A stretch of 64,000 bases of DNA from Octopus bimaculoides (Eukaryota). The stretch is taken from positions 39,564,589-39,628,588 of the forward strand of contig NC_068984.1 of NCBI RefSeq assembly GCF_001194135.2, in the 5' to 3' direction. Below, piece by piece: positions 38,641 through 52,479 of this stretch (position 1 is its first letter; each line of letters opens with the position of its first letter). A program made the translations under genes and the position numbers. A model generated the notes under the pieces. The model was not told where the DNA came from. It ran no database searches and saw nothing but the letters and a program-made list of their open reading frames with translations.

Positions 38641-40684
38641 GTTTTGTTACAATAGAACCTTGGTATATTGCCTTCAACTTTTAAAAATGACAAGGTTCCG
38701 ATTCAGTGGTTGTGTCCTTGATCATATTGCCATATAACCTTCATTTTCTTTGTTTTAATGGACGACTACTTGTTTAAGTTTGTTTCAATACTCGGAACAA
38801 ACACGATATCCAATATACTTTAACTAAATTACAGTACTTTAAACAAGTTACAATAACCAAATTGAATGACAACGGTAAGAGACTTCATCTTTGTCGGTTG
38901 CAATTAGACTCGCCATTCTGTTTCTCTATTTTCGACACACTCGACTTCTCATACAACAGCTGAGCTCAGTTATTATTTTTCTAATAAAATAAGGCGACCA
39001 AATCAGATTATTACAAATATGTGTTGGGCACTGTAATGCTAGACATCTCCCTTAGATCAAATCGAATTTTTTCTTATTCATTTAAAGCAAGAAACATTTT
39101 ATTGTATACAGTTTCTACTTTGATAACATATCGTTAAGCAAAATTATAGCACAAATAACAAGAATAAATTAACTCGCATTTTCAATCTGAGAACACAAAA
39201 GGAAATTTACATTATATTAGGTTTGTGTATCAGGCATGAACATTCAATCTGTGAATCTTATTTATTTATTGAATGAAAAAGGCTATTTTCTTGCGAATTT
39301 GCGTTAAGCTGTAACATTTAAATTTTATTTTTTAGGTTTAGCTTAAAACGTAATCAGTTTGTAGAAGAAGGATCAACACATTTATATTCGCCACAATTTA
39401 CTGCGTCTCAGAAGTCGTCATTTGGTGTTAACCAAATATCTCAAACACATTGTCTAGCAGATAAATACCAAATTTAAGCTAAAACAATAAAGAGTGCAAC
39501 CCTTTTTCGTTCCTTCCGATTAACCCTCTCCCGTACTAGCTCATCTATAGACATTAATCCTTCAAATATGTAGCGAGATCTTATAAAAATAATTATAATT
39601 CGATAAAATAGCTAAGTTTTCCGTTTGTAACATACGCTACATACTCTGCAACCAGCTTATTCCGGCCTTGATGAAAAGGTCAAATAGGTTTCCAATGGAC
39701 GTGAATTTTTGGAATCTGCCCTAGTGGTTGACAACAAATCAATACAAGGATTTAATGAGTTGGTCATTTATTTAAGGTCGTTTTCACTTAACGCAGTGAT
39801 TGCGAACCTATGACATACACGTTAGCCGGTTACACATGAAGGACTTTGAAAATAAAATTCCCCGCAATATCATGTTATGAAAATTAATCGGTTATTCTTT
39901 ATCGGAAATTAAAATATGTGTGAGTGACACACCAATAAGAGGATTATCAAATATCTTCAATTTCTACTCTTCGAGCTAATAGGTCCTGTTAGAATTAGCA
40001 GCCTATTCCCCTTCAGATCAAACGCTACCGTCTTGAAAAGGAAATATATATTGGGCAATGTAATCTTAGATATTTAAAAAGACACAATGATCGTGGCTGA
40101 AGTAGCTTTGATCGGTCAGGACTCACTTTGGCTAAACGACCACTGCAGTAATTATTATAAGAGACAAGTAAGTTGCAGTAATTATTATCAGAGACAAGTA
40201 AGTTGATCTTTACTGAGCTGAAAAAACTTAGTTCAAAATAATCTAAAACATTGTAGACGATCCAAGATATCATGAAGTGAGAGAGAGAGGAAAAGTGAGA
40301 GCATATTTTAAGTTGTTGAAGAATGAGGGCTCATCAAGGAGTAAAACATATTTCTTAATATCTCTAAAACCTGAAGACTAATACAGATATTACATATCTT
40401 TGACATAGTTATGTAACGTGATAGATAAAATAAAACTAAATGTAACATTTGTTACATAACTACAAGATTACTCATTTTGTATTTCCAGACTCTCAGTATT
40501 CCTGACTGTATCTATTTTCTACACAATGAAGAATTAGTGTAAAGCATCTTCGAGCTATCCTCTACTTGGTTTCCACTCTTATTCTTTACAGCAAAACCCA
40601 AACCCAAGCACAAATAATTACAAAAATATAGACATTTTAAAACTTTATTCAATAATGGCAGCCATACTGTACTTAAGTCTGCGT

Positions 40685-40882
40685 TCTTCTTCTTCTTCTT
40701 CTTCTTCTTCTTCTTCTTCTTCTTCTTCTTCTCCTCCTCCTCCTCCTCCTCCTCTTTCTTCTTCTTCTTCTTCTTCTTCTCCTCCTCCTCCTCCTCCTCT
40801 TTCTTCTTCTTCTTCTTCTTCTTCTTCTCCTCCTCCTCCTCTTTCTTCTTCTTTTTCTCCTCCTCCTCTTTCTTCTTCTTCT
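40685..40882. repeat. (TCT)n/(TCC)n compound microsatellite running into a gap
   Basis: Direct reading. Confidence 0.95.
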
Positions 40883-41813
40883 NNNNNNNNNNNNNNNNNN
40901 NNNNNNNNNNNNNNNNNNNNNNNNNNNNNNNNNNNNNNNNNNNNNNNNNNNNNNNNNNNNNNNNNNNNNNNNNNNNNNNNNNNNNNNNNNNNNNNNNNNN
41001 NNNNNNNNNNNNNNNNNNNNNNNNNNNNNNNNNNNNNNNNNNNNNNNNNNNNNNNNNNNNNNNNNNNNNNNNNNNNNNNNNNNNNNNNNNNNNNNNNNNN
41101 NNNNNNNNNNNNNNNNNNNNNNNNNNNNNNNNNNNNNNNNNNNNNNNNNNNNNNNNNNNNNNNNNNNNNNNNNNNNNNNNNNNNNNNNNNNNNNNNNNNN
41201 NNNNNNNNNNNNNNNNNNNNNNNNNNNNNNNNNNNNNNNNNNNNNNNNNNNNNNNNNNNNNNNNNNNNNNNNNNNNNNNNNNNNNNNNNNNNNNNNNNNN
41301 NNNNNNNNNNNNNNNNNNNNNNNNNNNNNNNNNNNNNNNNNNNNNNNNNNNNNNNNNNNNNNNNNNNNNNNNNNNNNNNNNNNNNNNNNNNNNNNNNNNN
41401 NNNNNNNNNNNNNNNNNNNNNNNNNNNNNNNNNNNNNNNNNNNNNNNNNNNNNNNNNNNNNNNNNNNNNNNNNNNNNNNNNNNNNNNNNNNNNNNNNNNN
41501 NNNNNNNNNNNNNNNNNNNNNNNNNNNNNNNNNNNNNNNNNNNNNNNNNNNNNNNNNNNNNNNNNNNNNNNNNNNNNNNNNNNNNNNNNNNNNNNNNNNN
41601 NNNNNNNNNNNNNNNNNNNNNNNNNNNNNNNNNNNNNNNNNNNNNNNNNNNNNNNNNNNNNNNNNNNNNNNNNNNNNNNNNNNNNNNNNNNNNNNNNNNN
41701 NNNNNNNNNNNNNNNNNNNNNNNNNNNNNNNNNNNNNNNNNNNNNNNNNNNNNNNNNNNNNNNNNNNNNNNNNNNNNNNNNNNNNNNNNNNNNNNNNNNN
41801 NNNNNNNNNNNNA

Positions 41814-42106
41814 TACATACATACATACATACATACATACACACACATACATACATACATACATACATACATACATACATACACGCATACATACATACAT
41901 ACATACATACATACATACACGCATACATACATACATACATACATACATACACGCATACATACATACATACATACATGCATACATACATACATACATACAC
42001 GCATACATACATACATACATACATACACGCATACATACATACATACACACATACATACATACATACATACATACATACATACATACATACATACATACAT
42101 ACATAC
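41814..42106. repeat. (ATAC)n microsatellite with acgc variants
   Basis: Direct reading. Confidence 0.95.
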
Positions 42107-42109
42107 GCG

Positions 42110-42215
42110 TATTGAAATATTGATTTAAAATTTTGGCACAAGCCCAACAAGCTCAAAGGTGGAGGTAAATCGACTACATTGACCCCAGTACTTAATTTAT
42201 CGACCCCCGAAAGGA
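42110..42215 (-). mobile_element. SINE family B, 3' fragment
   Basis: aaattttggcacaag...gaccccagtacttaatttatcgacccccgaaaggatg. Confidence 0.7.
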
Positions 42216-42994
42216 TGTAGCCCTGGATCGATCAATGCCTTGTGAGAAAATATAGTAGAAGGAAATTGTACAGAAGCCTGTCGTATATATGTGTGCATGC
42301 ATGTTTGTGTGAGTGCGTGCGTGTGTGTGTGTGCGCGCTCGTCTTTGTTTGTGTGTGTCTTTGTGCTTGTCATGCAGCAAAACCGAATGCTAGCCATTAT
42401 TTTAATATCTGTATAAATTTGATATATGTGTACGAAGCGAGAGACAGAAGGATAGCAATAGCAGAATACATTACAAACACAGATACTGTAAATTTATAGT
42501 CCAATTATTCGTCTGCTTTCTTAAGAGACTTTGATTTACAGCGTCAAGTCAGTGGACGCATTGCTTAAATCATAAAATATATAAAAGAATATTGTAATTT
42601 TTGCGTGAAGCACTGCAAAGTGCGTAAATGATATACATGTTTAAAAAGCCTTTCTGCAAAGCAGGAGTGATGTTATGCAAAATATCTAAGCTCATGTTAA
42701 TAAATGAAAATAAAGAGAAAAATATTGTAGTATCACACTCAGGTTGTTCAATGACCCTATAATATTTCGAGAAATATTCCCCCTTTCAAATAGAAGAAAG
42801 AAAACAATCAAAGAGTTCGGAGAAATTAGTCATTACCCACAGGCCATCATAGTGTATTGTAAATAAATTATATACAGTGATAAATGAAAGCTGAGTGTCT
42901 CCTAAATTTAAGTAAACATAATACATACATATATATAATATATATACTTATGTATGTATGTATGTATGTATGTATATGTATGTATGTATGTATG

Positions 42995-43049
<55 letters not shown>

Positions 43050-43234
43050 NNNNNNNNNNNNNNNNNNNNNNNNNNNNNNNNNNNNNNNNNNNNNNNNNNN
43101 NNNNNNNNNNNNNNNNNNNNNNNNNNNNNNNNNNNNNNNNNNNNNNNNNNNNNNNNNNNNNNNNNNNNNNNNNNNNNNNNNNNNNNNNNNNNNNNNNNNN
43201 NNNNNNNNNNNNNNNNNNNNNNNNNNNNNNNNNN

Positions 43235-43297
<63 letters not shown>

Positions 43298-43329
43298 CGT
43301 ATGCTTGTATGTATGTCATGGCACTCTTA

Positions 43330-44080
43330 GTGCGACTGGTAACATGTACCCAAGTACGACTTGTCGCAAGGTTGGGCCGTTGGCGCCCAAACCGGCAACC
43401 CTACCAAACCTGCTTCGTAAGGGTTGTTGGACACTCTGCAGGCTGAAAAACAAAATCGGCCAAATGGCGATGAACTTTGTAGAGTCAAATGTCCAGTAGC
43501 TGTAAAACCATTGGGATTGATGGAGTACTAGCTGTTGTCACAGTATCCTTTTAGTTGCAGTTTCACGTGATTAATATTGTAGTATCACACTCAGGTTGTT
43601 TAATGACCCTATAATATTTCGAGAAATATTCCCCCTTTCAAATAGAAGAGAACAATCAAAGAGTTCGGAGAAATTAGTCATGACCCGCAGGCCTGTCACT
43701 GGGTACTAATCACAAAGACTCGGAGAGTGGTGCTCGTGTTGTACAAATGCTTATCACTATAATTCAATGGCATATAGATGTATCTTTATGGTGATCTCAT
43801 TTGTCATTCCATCAGCTGAAAGCGCAATGCCGATCGAAGAATGGTGATGTGCGCAAACTTAACCAGCGAGAAATTTCAACTCTTTAGTCAAAAACGTCTG
43901 AACTTTAACCAGGGAACACCTTATCCTACGGATTGACCTGACCAATCCAGTGGAAGTTACAACTTTTGTCTGATATCTATGCTCCAAACTATGCAGATCT
44001 GCAGCGAGACTAAACAGTTCTCTGAAGAGTCATGGACGGAAAGTCAGAAATGAGGAAAGTCAGAAATAAGGAAGCACTAG
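43330..44080 (+). mobile_element. Internally deleted RTE-derived element
   Basis: 5'UTR-like ggttgggccgttggcg..ggcaaccctacc, endonuclease-like LRIDLTNPVEVTTF..IYAP joined directly to a C-terminal LKSHGRK finger remnant. Confidence 0.4.
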
Positions 44081-45252
44081 GAAACGGCAATCATCTGTGA
44101 AGATGGAGCAATCAACCAGTATGTACGTATGTATGCATGCATGAGCAGTTCTTCTTGCGGGCAGTANNNNNNNNNNNNNNNNNNNNNNNNNNNNNNNNNN
44201 NNNNNNNNNNNNNNNNNNNNNNNNNNNNNNNNNNNNNNNNNNNNNNNNNNNNNNNNNNNNNNNNNNNNNNNNNNNNNNNNNNNNNNNNNNNNNNNNNNNN
44301 NNNNNNNNNNNNNNNNNNNNNNNNNNNNNNNNNNNNNNNNNNNNNNNNNNNNNNNNNNNNNNNNNNNNNNNNNNNNNNNNNNNNNNNNNNNNNNNNNNNN
44401 NNNNNNNNNNNNNNNNNNNNNNNNNNNNNNNNNNNNNNNNNNNNNNNNNNNNNNNNGTCTGTCTGTGTGTGTGTGTGCAGTATTTGGTGTTAGTGTATGC
44501 GCAGATTTGTATGTTTATTTTATGGATGCGTTTTTATGTATATATTTTCATGTCTAGATGCATGCATAAGTATTTATGTGCTATGTATGTATGTATGTAT
44601 GTATGTATGTATGTATGTATGTATGTATGTATGTATGTATGTATTGCAATAACAACTGGATAAGAAGCTTTTGAAGAATTAAATTTTAGTGTCTAGAAAT
44701 GTTTCATTCCAAGAAGAAAACACTGGACTTACTTGTTACATGCAATAGACTAAAAGTATGAACATTTAATAAAATGTTTTTGAGAATATTATGTTTCTCG
44801 AAAGTGGTGATTGGGCTAAAAGGAGACCTAATGATCCTCAGCATACTTTAAAAAACTATTTAAGAGAGACTTGTTTTTTCTCTTAGAAAGCAAAAATGAA
44901 TTCTCTCAAGCCACGTAAAGGACCAAATACTTCCTACTTTAGAACAATATGCACTTGGTTACTAATATTCTTATAATAAAAGTAAAAGAAAGAAAAGAAG
45001 AAAATGACAGAATGAAAGAAAAAATGTAATTTCCTTAAGTGAAACTTACTCTTACACCTTTAGCTCTTCATCGTCGAAATTTTATTTCTTTATTAGGTAT
45101 CTCCAATTTTTCATTGATTGTTCTTTGCTATACGGTATACCATCCAAATTTTTAAACATTTTTTCGCCTGTTATGATGCCCGACAAATAACTTACAGGAA
45201 CGTAAGGAAAATATTGAACTCTCCTAATCTAACAAACACATATATACCCACA

Positions 45253-45466
45253 TATGGTGCTGAAAAGTTCCTGGCTTTGGATAAAAGAAAATACAGGAGG
45301 ATCAGTTAATTATGCTTTTATTCAACATTCCACTCCCAGGTTCACACACTTATTGCAGTGGTCTCTCAGTTTTTCTTAGCCCTGTAAAAGGACTTGGAAG
45401 GTTGAGCCTCCAACCAAGCCTTTCACTAAACCCTTAAAACCAGGGACTTTTCAGCCCTCCTTCGTA
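45253..45466. mobile_element. Tc1/mariner-type MITE, copy 1
   Basis: TIRs ggtgctgaaaagttcctggcttt / aaaaccagggacttttcagccc with TA ends. Confidence 0.8.
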
Positions 45467-45516
45467 CACACAGACACATACATACATACATACATAATAC
45501 ATACATACATACATAC

Positions 45517-45562
<46 letters not shown>

Positions 45563-45567
45563 ATGTA

Positions 45568-45786
45568 TACGATAGGTGCTGAAAAGTTCTTGGCTTTGCC
45601 TAAAAGAAAATCCAGAAGGATCAATTAATTATGATTTTATTCAACATATTCCCCTCTCAGATTCACACACTTATCGCAGCGGTCCTTAAGATTTTCTAAG
45701 CCCTGTAAAAGAACTCAGAAGGTTGAGCCTCCAACCAGGCCTTTCGCGACACCCTTAAAGCCAGGTACTTTTCAGTACCTCTCATA
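45568..45786. mobile_element. Tc1/mariner-type MITE, copy 2
   Basis: Same element in direct orientation; TIRs tacgataggtgctgaaaag / cttttcagtacctctcata. Confidence 0.8.
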
Positions 45787-46930
45787 TATGTATTCAGAAC
45801 ATGTACTTCTTTTTGCCGTGAACTCCTTTATTCATATAAACTAAACCAGTTAGGAGTTTACACATTGTTTTACTTCCTTTTATCGTGAAAAGATTAGGGT
45901 TTTAATATATATTCTTGATGGTCCTTTCTTTAAATCAGATTTTTGGATACCAGAATCTCAGTTGACACGTGTTCGGATTAACCATTAAACAAAAATAAAA
46001 ACGTGTTTAGGGCTCTAAAAGATGGGAGTACCTCCGAAGCGGGTTTTAAGTACCGAATGTACTATGGTACAAATGATTCAGTTAAACTAGGAAAATTTTT
46101 TTAAACTGCATTTTTCTTTTTTTTTTTGCCGTTGTTGCAAGTAAATAACATATTATTGCTATTTAATGTGAAATATATAAACTGGACAGATTATATTAAA
46201 GTGACAGACTATATTAAATATAATTGTGGGGGAGCAATCTAGAAGAAAATCGAAATTTGTTTTTATTGTTTCATGATTTATGTCTTTATGCCTTGTCAGA
46301 CAATGGAAGAATCGGGGAAGTAATTATTGGATACCATTCTGCTTAGGACATCAGTTGACCTTGATCCAGCTTCTATTCCACCATATATATATAGAATGAT
46401 GTGTAAATTTACACTTATCAGCACTTACATAAATCACGAGGCCGCTGTTGGGTTGTCTTCTGACTGTATTTTATTCGTTTCTATTAAGACAGACTCTACT
46501 CATTTAAATTTGCAAACTTGCAGATACCCTCCCTAAATATAAAAAGCGATTCCGACTACATACTTACCAACTGCCCTTCTTCTAACCCTTTCTACCCAAG
46601 ATTTAAAATCACTTGGAACTCGCTATCTATCCAGATTTCCACTTTACAACAAATCTAAATTACATACCGAATCGTTCTGACTCTTCTCAAATTACACCTA
46701 TGCGTTTGTATAGGCGAACCTAAGATGACTGTGGACATTGCTCTAATCGGCAACCCTCCCTTCTCAACTCCTCCATGTAATTGAAATACGATCCATTCTA
46801 TTATCATAATTTCATTAGCTACTTGTTGCACATGCATTACATTATATTTATTCATTCATATATTCACCCACCAAGTTTTTTTCCCCTTCTCCATGTTATC
46901 TTTCTTCCTTTATATATATACATATATATA

Positions 46931-47120
46931 TATAGTTTTAGGGAAAATAACCAATTTTCAAGAACTCATCGATAAAAATCCACTATCACATATAGAAAAA
47001 TTAATAATTAAAAGCACAATAAATGAGTATAATATAAAGTAAAGTAAATATCATAAGATAAATATAATATAATATTCATCGATGAGTTCTTGAAAATTGG
47101 TTATTTTCCCTAAAGCTATA
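46931..47120. repeat. 43-bp inverted repeat with a 104-bp AT-rich spacer
   Basis: 46931-46973 versus 47078-47120, one mismatch. Confidence 0.9.
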
Positions 47121-48219
47121 TATTTTATATATACTTTATCTATAAGGCTCAATTTAATTTTAATTTTTTATAAATTGATTTTAATTGAGTTTTTTACCTG
47201 TAATTTTGGATTTTGTCCCTAATATTATTACATATATATATATATATATANNNNNNNNNNNNNNNNNNNNNNNNNNNNNNNNNNNNNNNNNNNNNNNNNN
47301 NNNNNNNNNNNNNNNNNNNNNNNNNNNNNNNNNNNNNNNNNNNNNNNNNNNNNNNNNNNNNNNNNNNNNNNNNNNNNNNNNNNNNNNNNNNNNNNNNNNN
47401 NNNNNNNNNNNNNNNNNNNNNNNNNNNNNNNNNNNNNNNNNNNNNNNNNNNNNNNNNNNNNNNNNNNNNNNNNNNNNNNNNNNNNNNNNNNNNNNNNNNN
47501 NNNNNNNNNNNNNNNNNNNNNNNNNNNNNNNNNNNNNNNNNNNNNNNNNNNNNNNNNNNNNNNNNNNNNNNNNNNNNNNNNNNNNNNNNNNNNNNNNNNN
47601 NNNNNNNNNNNNNNNNNNNNNNNNNNNNNNNNNNNNNNNNNNNNNNNNNNNNNNNNNNNNNNNNNNNNNNNNNNNNNNNNNNNNNNNNNNNNNNNNNNNN
47701 NNNNNNNNNNNNNNNNNNNNNNNNNNNNNNNNNNNNNGTTACTGAAGCTGCCATTATTATTACTGCCTACGCTGTTGTTGTTGCCACTGCCGTCGCTGTT
47801 GACAGTTGTTGAAAACCATTGTCAGCCTATATCCTATAATGACAGTTTTTAGAATCCTATTAGATTTTTATCTTGAAATCTCGACGGAAAAAAAAGAAAA
47901 AAAAAGGCAAATAAAAATCTGAATTTATTCTTTTTAGCCGCTTTTCATTCGGTAGACAAGCGAGCGTGTCTTGTATTTCTATGTACACAATCCAAATCTT
48001 GGTTAATTGCACATCGTCTCTCTTTCTCTCTCCCTTCCTACCTCTTTCTATTCCCCCCTCTCTCTCTCTCTCTATATATATATATATGTATATATATATG
48101 TATAACCTCCCTTCTCTTTCTTGATTATCATAATTGTATCTAGCAGAATCCATTCTCTATCGGTATGTAACTCTCTCGGTAAAGTTGTTAACAATAAAGC
48201 AGATGTGTCTAGTAACGCT

Positions 48220-48296
<77 letters not shown>

Positions 48297-48392
48297 NNNN
48301 NNNNNNNNNNNNNNNNNNNNNNNNNNNNNNNNNNNNNNNNNNNNCATACATATACGCACATAGATACATGCATACATAAAAAACATTCGTAT

Positions 48393-48447
<55 letters not shown>

Positions 48448-49069
48448 TATGCTGAAACTGTGCCAATGACTAAAGTTGTTCTTGGTTCCTGCTAGCGATT
48501 TTTTTTTCTCCTACTGTTAGACTTAAAGATAAATATTTACTCTTTCTAAGCTAAGTGCAAATGGAAAAGGCATATCAAAGACAATCAAAGAAACCTAAAA
48601 CTGATTTCCGACCAGTTTACTCACTTTTACGATATCTCCATTTTCAAAAATCTATTTTATGCCCTTTAATACTTCTGCACCTGCACCCCACCCCCATGTT
48701 TCTTTCCATAAAATGCATTCTAACATCAATCATTGTTTAGTTCCTTGCTCACAAAAAGCAACAGCAACAACGACGGCGGCGGCGGCGGCGACGACAACGA
48801 TGATGATGAGAAATAATTGAATTGAATAACTATTTCCTTATCTCCCCATTTTGCTAGACCTTTCGTGACGAGAGATACCCATTAACAGTTGATCTGTTCT
48901 ATTGACTTCAAAGAGGCATCTAAAACAGAAATTGTCATTTCCATGCCTTTTCCAAGGGCATCAGCACCATAAAATGAGATAGCTACAACTGCACGTTAGG
49001 TTTGCCAAGAGATTTAACGAGTATTCTGAATCGCTAGTCACACTGAGAACCTAAAAACCAGCTTTTCAT

Positions 49070-49100
<31 letters not shown>

Positions 49101-49454
49101 TCATTGAAGTCCATCTTATATGGTTACATTAGTCTTATATTATAGTTGTGAGAGGAAGAACGATATATGTTTGTGCATTTTATTCTCACAACTTTACATC
49201 TTCTCATGTTCCTGTTTTGTTTTTGTTGTTACTTTTTGTTTTTCTTTTGTTCTATTTTTCTTTTCTTTTCTTTTCTTTTCTTTTTTGGGCTGTGCGTCAT
49301 AAGCTGAAAATTCGTCACACTTCTCTTTTTAGACACAAGTATGTGTTGCTCTCAATTAAAAGAAAAAATATCATAAATAATCAAAACAGGAATATAGATG
49401 TTAGAGAGAAGCTTTAAATGTCTATGAAAAGAAAGAAAAGTGCTAGTAATAATA

Positions 49455-49674
49455 ATCATAATTTCAAATTTTGGCCCAGAGCCAGAAATTGGGGGGGGGG
49501 GGAATAAGCCGATTACATCGACCTCAGTGCTTAACAGGTACTTATTTTATCGATTCCGAAAGGATGAAAGGCAAAGTCGACCCCAGTGGCGCTTGAACTC
49601 AGAACGTAAAGACGGACGAAATGCCGCTAAGCATTTTGTCCGGCGCGGTAACGATTCTGCCAGCTCGCCACCTT
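49455..49674 (-). mobile_element. SINE family B, CpG-retaining copy
   Basis: Near-complete family B sequence ending gccagctcgccacct. Confidence 0.9.
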
Positions 49675-49681
49675 AATAATA

Positions 49682-49724
<43 letters not shown>

Positions 49725-50390
49725 CGATGACGACGACGACGACGACGATGACGATGATAATAATAACGACAACTGCAGAAAATTATGCTGCTGTTGATTC
49801 TTGATATGGATTCCTCATATGTAAGCGAAGGATGTGTCTAACTTGAGTTCACAAGCACCATTCACATTGTTATCTCTTTTGCACCTGTATGAAAACATGA
49901 TCGCTAAATCACGTGTCGAGGCGTTTCGAAAGATAACAGCTTTAAGGTTGGGCAGCTATTTATAGTCGTATATACCAATAGAGCGATCCTGGATCGATGC
50001 CAGTTTGTTGTTCTTAAGCTTATGTGCTGCATGTACTATACGACAGAAAACAAGCGATTTTGTAAAGTAATATTTTTTCGCTGCAGTTTTCTCTCATTCC
50101 ATTTGCACTCTCCTACTAATTTGTTCTTCCCACTCGTTTATGTTGTTTTTGCTTCTACTGTTGCTGCTACTACTGTTTTTGTTGTAGTTATAGTTTTTTT
50201 TATATTCTTGTCTATTTGTCTATCTCCTAGAATTTTCCTTTCCTTCTTTACATTGTCCTTCTTTCTTTTATACACACACACACACGTATGTATACAATGA
50301 AAGAGAGAGGGAGGGAGAGGAATTTGTAGGCATATCCATATCAATATTTGTATATTATTATCATTATATCAATACACACACTCTCATGAT

Positions 50391-50474
<84 letters not shown>

Positions 50475-52074
50475 CTGTTAGCTGTTGCTGTTAGTTGTTC
50501 TACTTATGTTCAATGTTGCAGCTTATACATTTGATGAGGATCTGAGATTGTCCTTCATTTCGTAGTTGAAACGCTTAAATTGAATCTTTCGTAAGATATA
50601 ATACAATTGCCACCTGCTTTTGAATGTAAGTAGTTGGGGTTCAAGTTGTCACCTAAAATGAAATCTGTATAAAAAATAATAAAATATTAAACTTATTGTA
50701 TACAGTGCTCATTGAAGTCATTGCTTTTCCAACAAAACTTCATTTCAATGACAAAATCTTTTGACATGAAGCTTTTAGATTTTTAGAGGATTGAGGAAAT
50801 GGAAATCTGAGGGTCGTCATTTCCTTTTTGAATACAGTTTAGCGAATGTAAATGAAATAGTTTAACCTGGGAATCGAAGAGCGAATACAAGCCAGATCGT
50901 AGACGCGGTTCACTGAAAACTCTCACCAGCGCACATCTGCTGCTGTCATCTTTTGCAAAACCTACCGTTGAGATAATTTTTTATACCTTTATAACTCTAG
51001 TTATTTCTGACATCTTTTGTTTTAATTATTTTTACCATATTTCCGAAATAATTGCGCGTGCATTTGTGCATTCGTGCATGTGTGCACGAGTATGTGTATG
51101 TGTGTGTGTGTGCACGCGCGCGCACATTCGTGTGTGTGTGCGCTTGTACGTGCGCGTATACGTGCGCGTGTACGTGCGTGTGTGTGCGCGCGCGTTCGTG
51201 CATGCATGTGTGTATTTATATTCCTGAAATCCATATTAAAAAGGTAAAAAAAGAGAAAAATGAATTTTGTAATTTCTCTTGAAAGAAGATGAAAACGCTA
51301 ATTTACATGGTCGAATCATTTTATGTAATATTTCTGACTTCTTTGTTATTTATATTTTATTTGTAGAATTAGAGTTACCATTATCAATGGAAGTAAATCC
51401 TTCCCTATCATCATCTTCATCTTCATCATCATCTTCATCATCATCATCATCATCACCACCACCATCCAATTTCTCCACACCATTTTATCTGCCATATCAT
51501 AAACAGACATTCATTCATTGATAAGAGCATGTGATCCATTAACTGGATTTAATTAGGGAGATGCCATACATATGTATCTGAAGGCACGTGTTTCTACACA
51601 CTTCCACCAATGCAATGTCTGAATTGAGGATTTTTGGCGCATCTCAGGATCATAATGTCTCATACATTCTGTATCATATTTGTTGGATCTCCCAATAGCC
51701 TATTATCGTATTCATATCATCATCTCCAGTTCTGAGATAACTCAAATTTTCACTTTGTTTCTGAATTGACCTAAAGCTATCTTAAATATACTGGATATGG
51801 GTTCACAGATATCGAGAAAACTATGTTTTCTTTTAAGAATATATAAACCACAATTGTTTAGGTTAATCATGTTTTGTTTTTGCGTTTTTTTACTTTTATT
51901 CCGTAATTAATCTCGCACATAACTGTTTTCTACGCTTACATCATTAATACTTTTATACTTTATGGACACGACAGAAAACTAGAAAATCATTAATCAATGC
52001 AAAATTCGTAGGAAAATTTAATTAGATATTTCGACTTTTCGCAAACTGAATGTATAGGAAATGAAAATTAAATC

Positions 52075-52420
52075 GTGAGCGGTTGTGTAGTAAGGAGTTT
52101 GCTTCCCGACCGCATGGTTCCGGGTTCAGTTCCACTGCGTGACACCCTAGGCAAGTGTCTTCTACAATAGCACTGGGCTGGTCAAAAGCCTCGTGGGTGG
52201 GGTGGACTTGGTTGACGGAAACTCTGTGTGTGTGTGTGTATCTCTGTATTTGTATTTGTCCCCCACCACCATTTGATAACCGGTCTTGGTGTGTTTACTT
52301 CCCGAGAAAAAGTACCAGGCTTAAAAAAAGTACTGGAGTTAATTCATTCGACTGAAAATTCCTCAAGGTGTGCCCCAGCATGGCCGCAGCCTAATAAATG
52401 AAACCAGTAAAGGATAAAAG
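52075..52420 (+). mobile_element. SINE family A, full length
   Basis: Head ...gggttcagttccactgcg, central (TG)n, and tail ccccagcatggccgcag...gataaaag. Confidence 0.85.
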
Positions 52421-52479
52421 ACAAAAGAATACTAATTTTTAAAAATTGTATACTCTTTGGTTATGTGCTTTGGCGAGAC

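Noticed and set aside
44018-44049. Hammerhead-like string ttct-CTGAAGA-GTC-atg-GAC-G-GAAA-GTC-agaa
   Set aside because: There is an extra G before GAAA and no room for stem III, and the sequence is explained as the coding end (LKSHGRK) of an RTE relic.
50528-50582. TTGATGAGGA...TCC...GAAACGC hammerhead-like spacing
   Set aside because: The core C is missing, there are 14 unpaired nt before GAAA, and stem I is weak.
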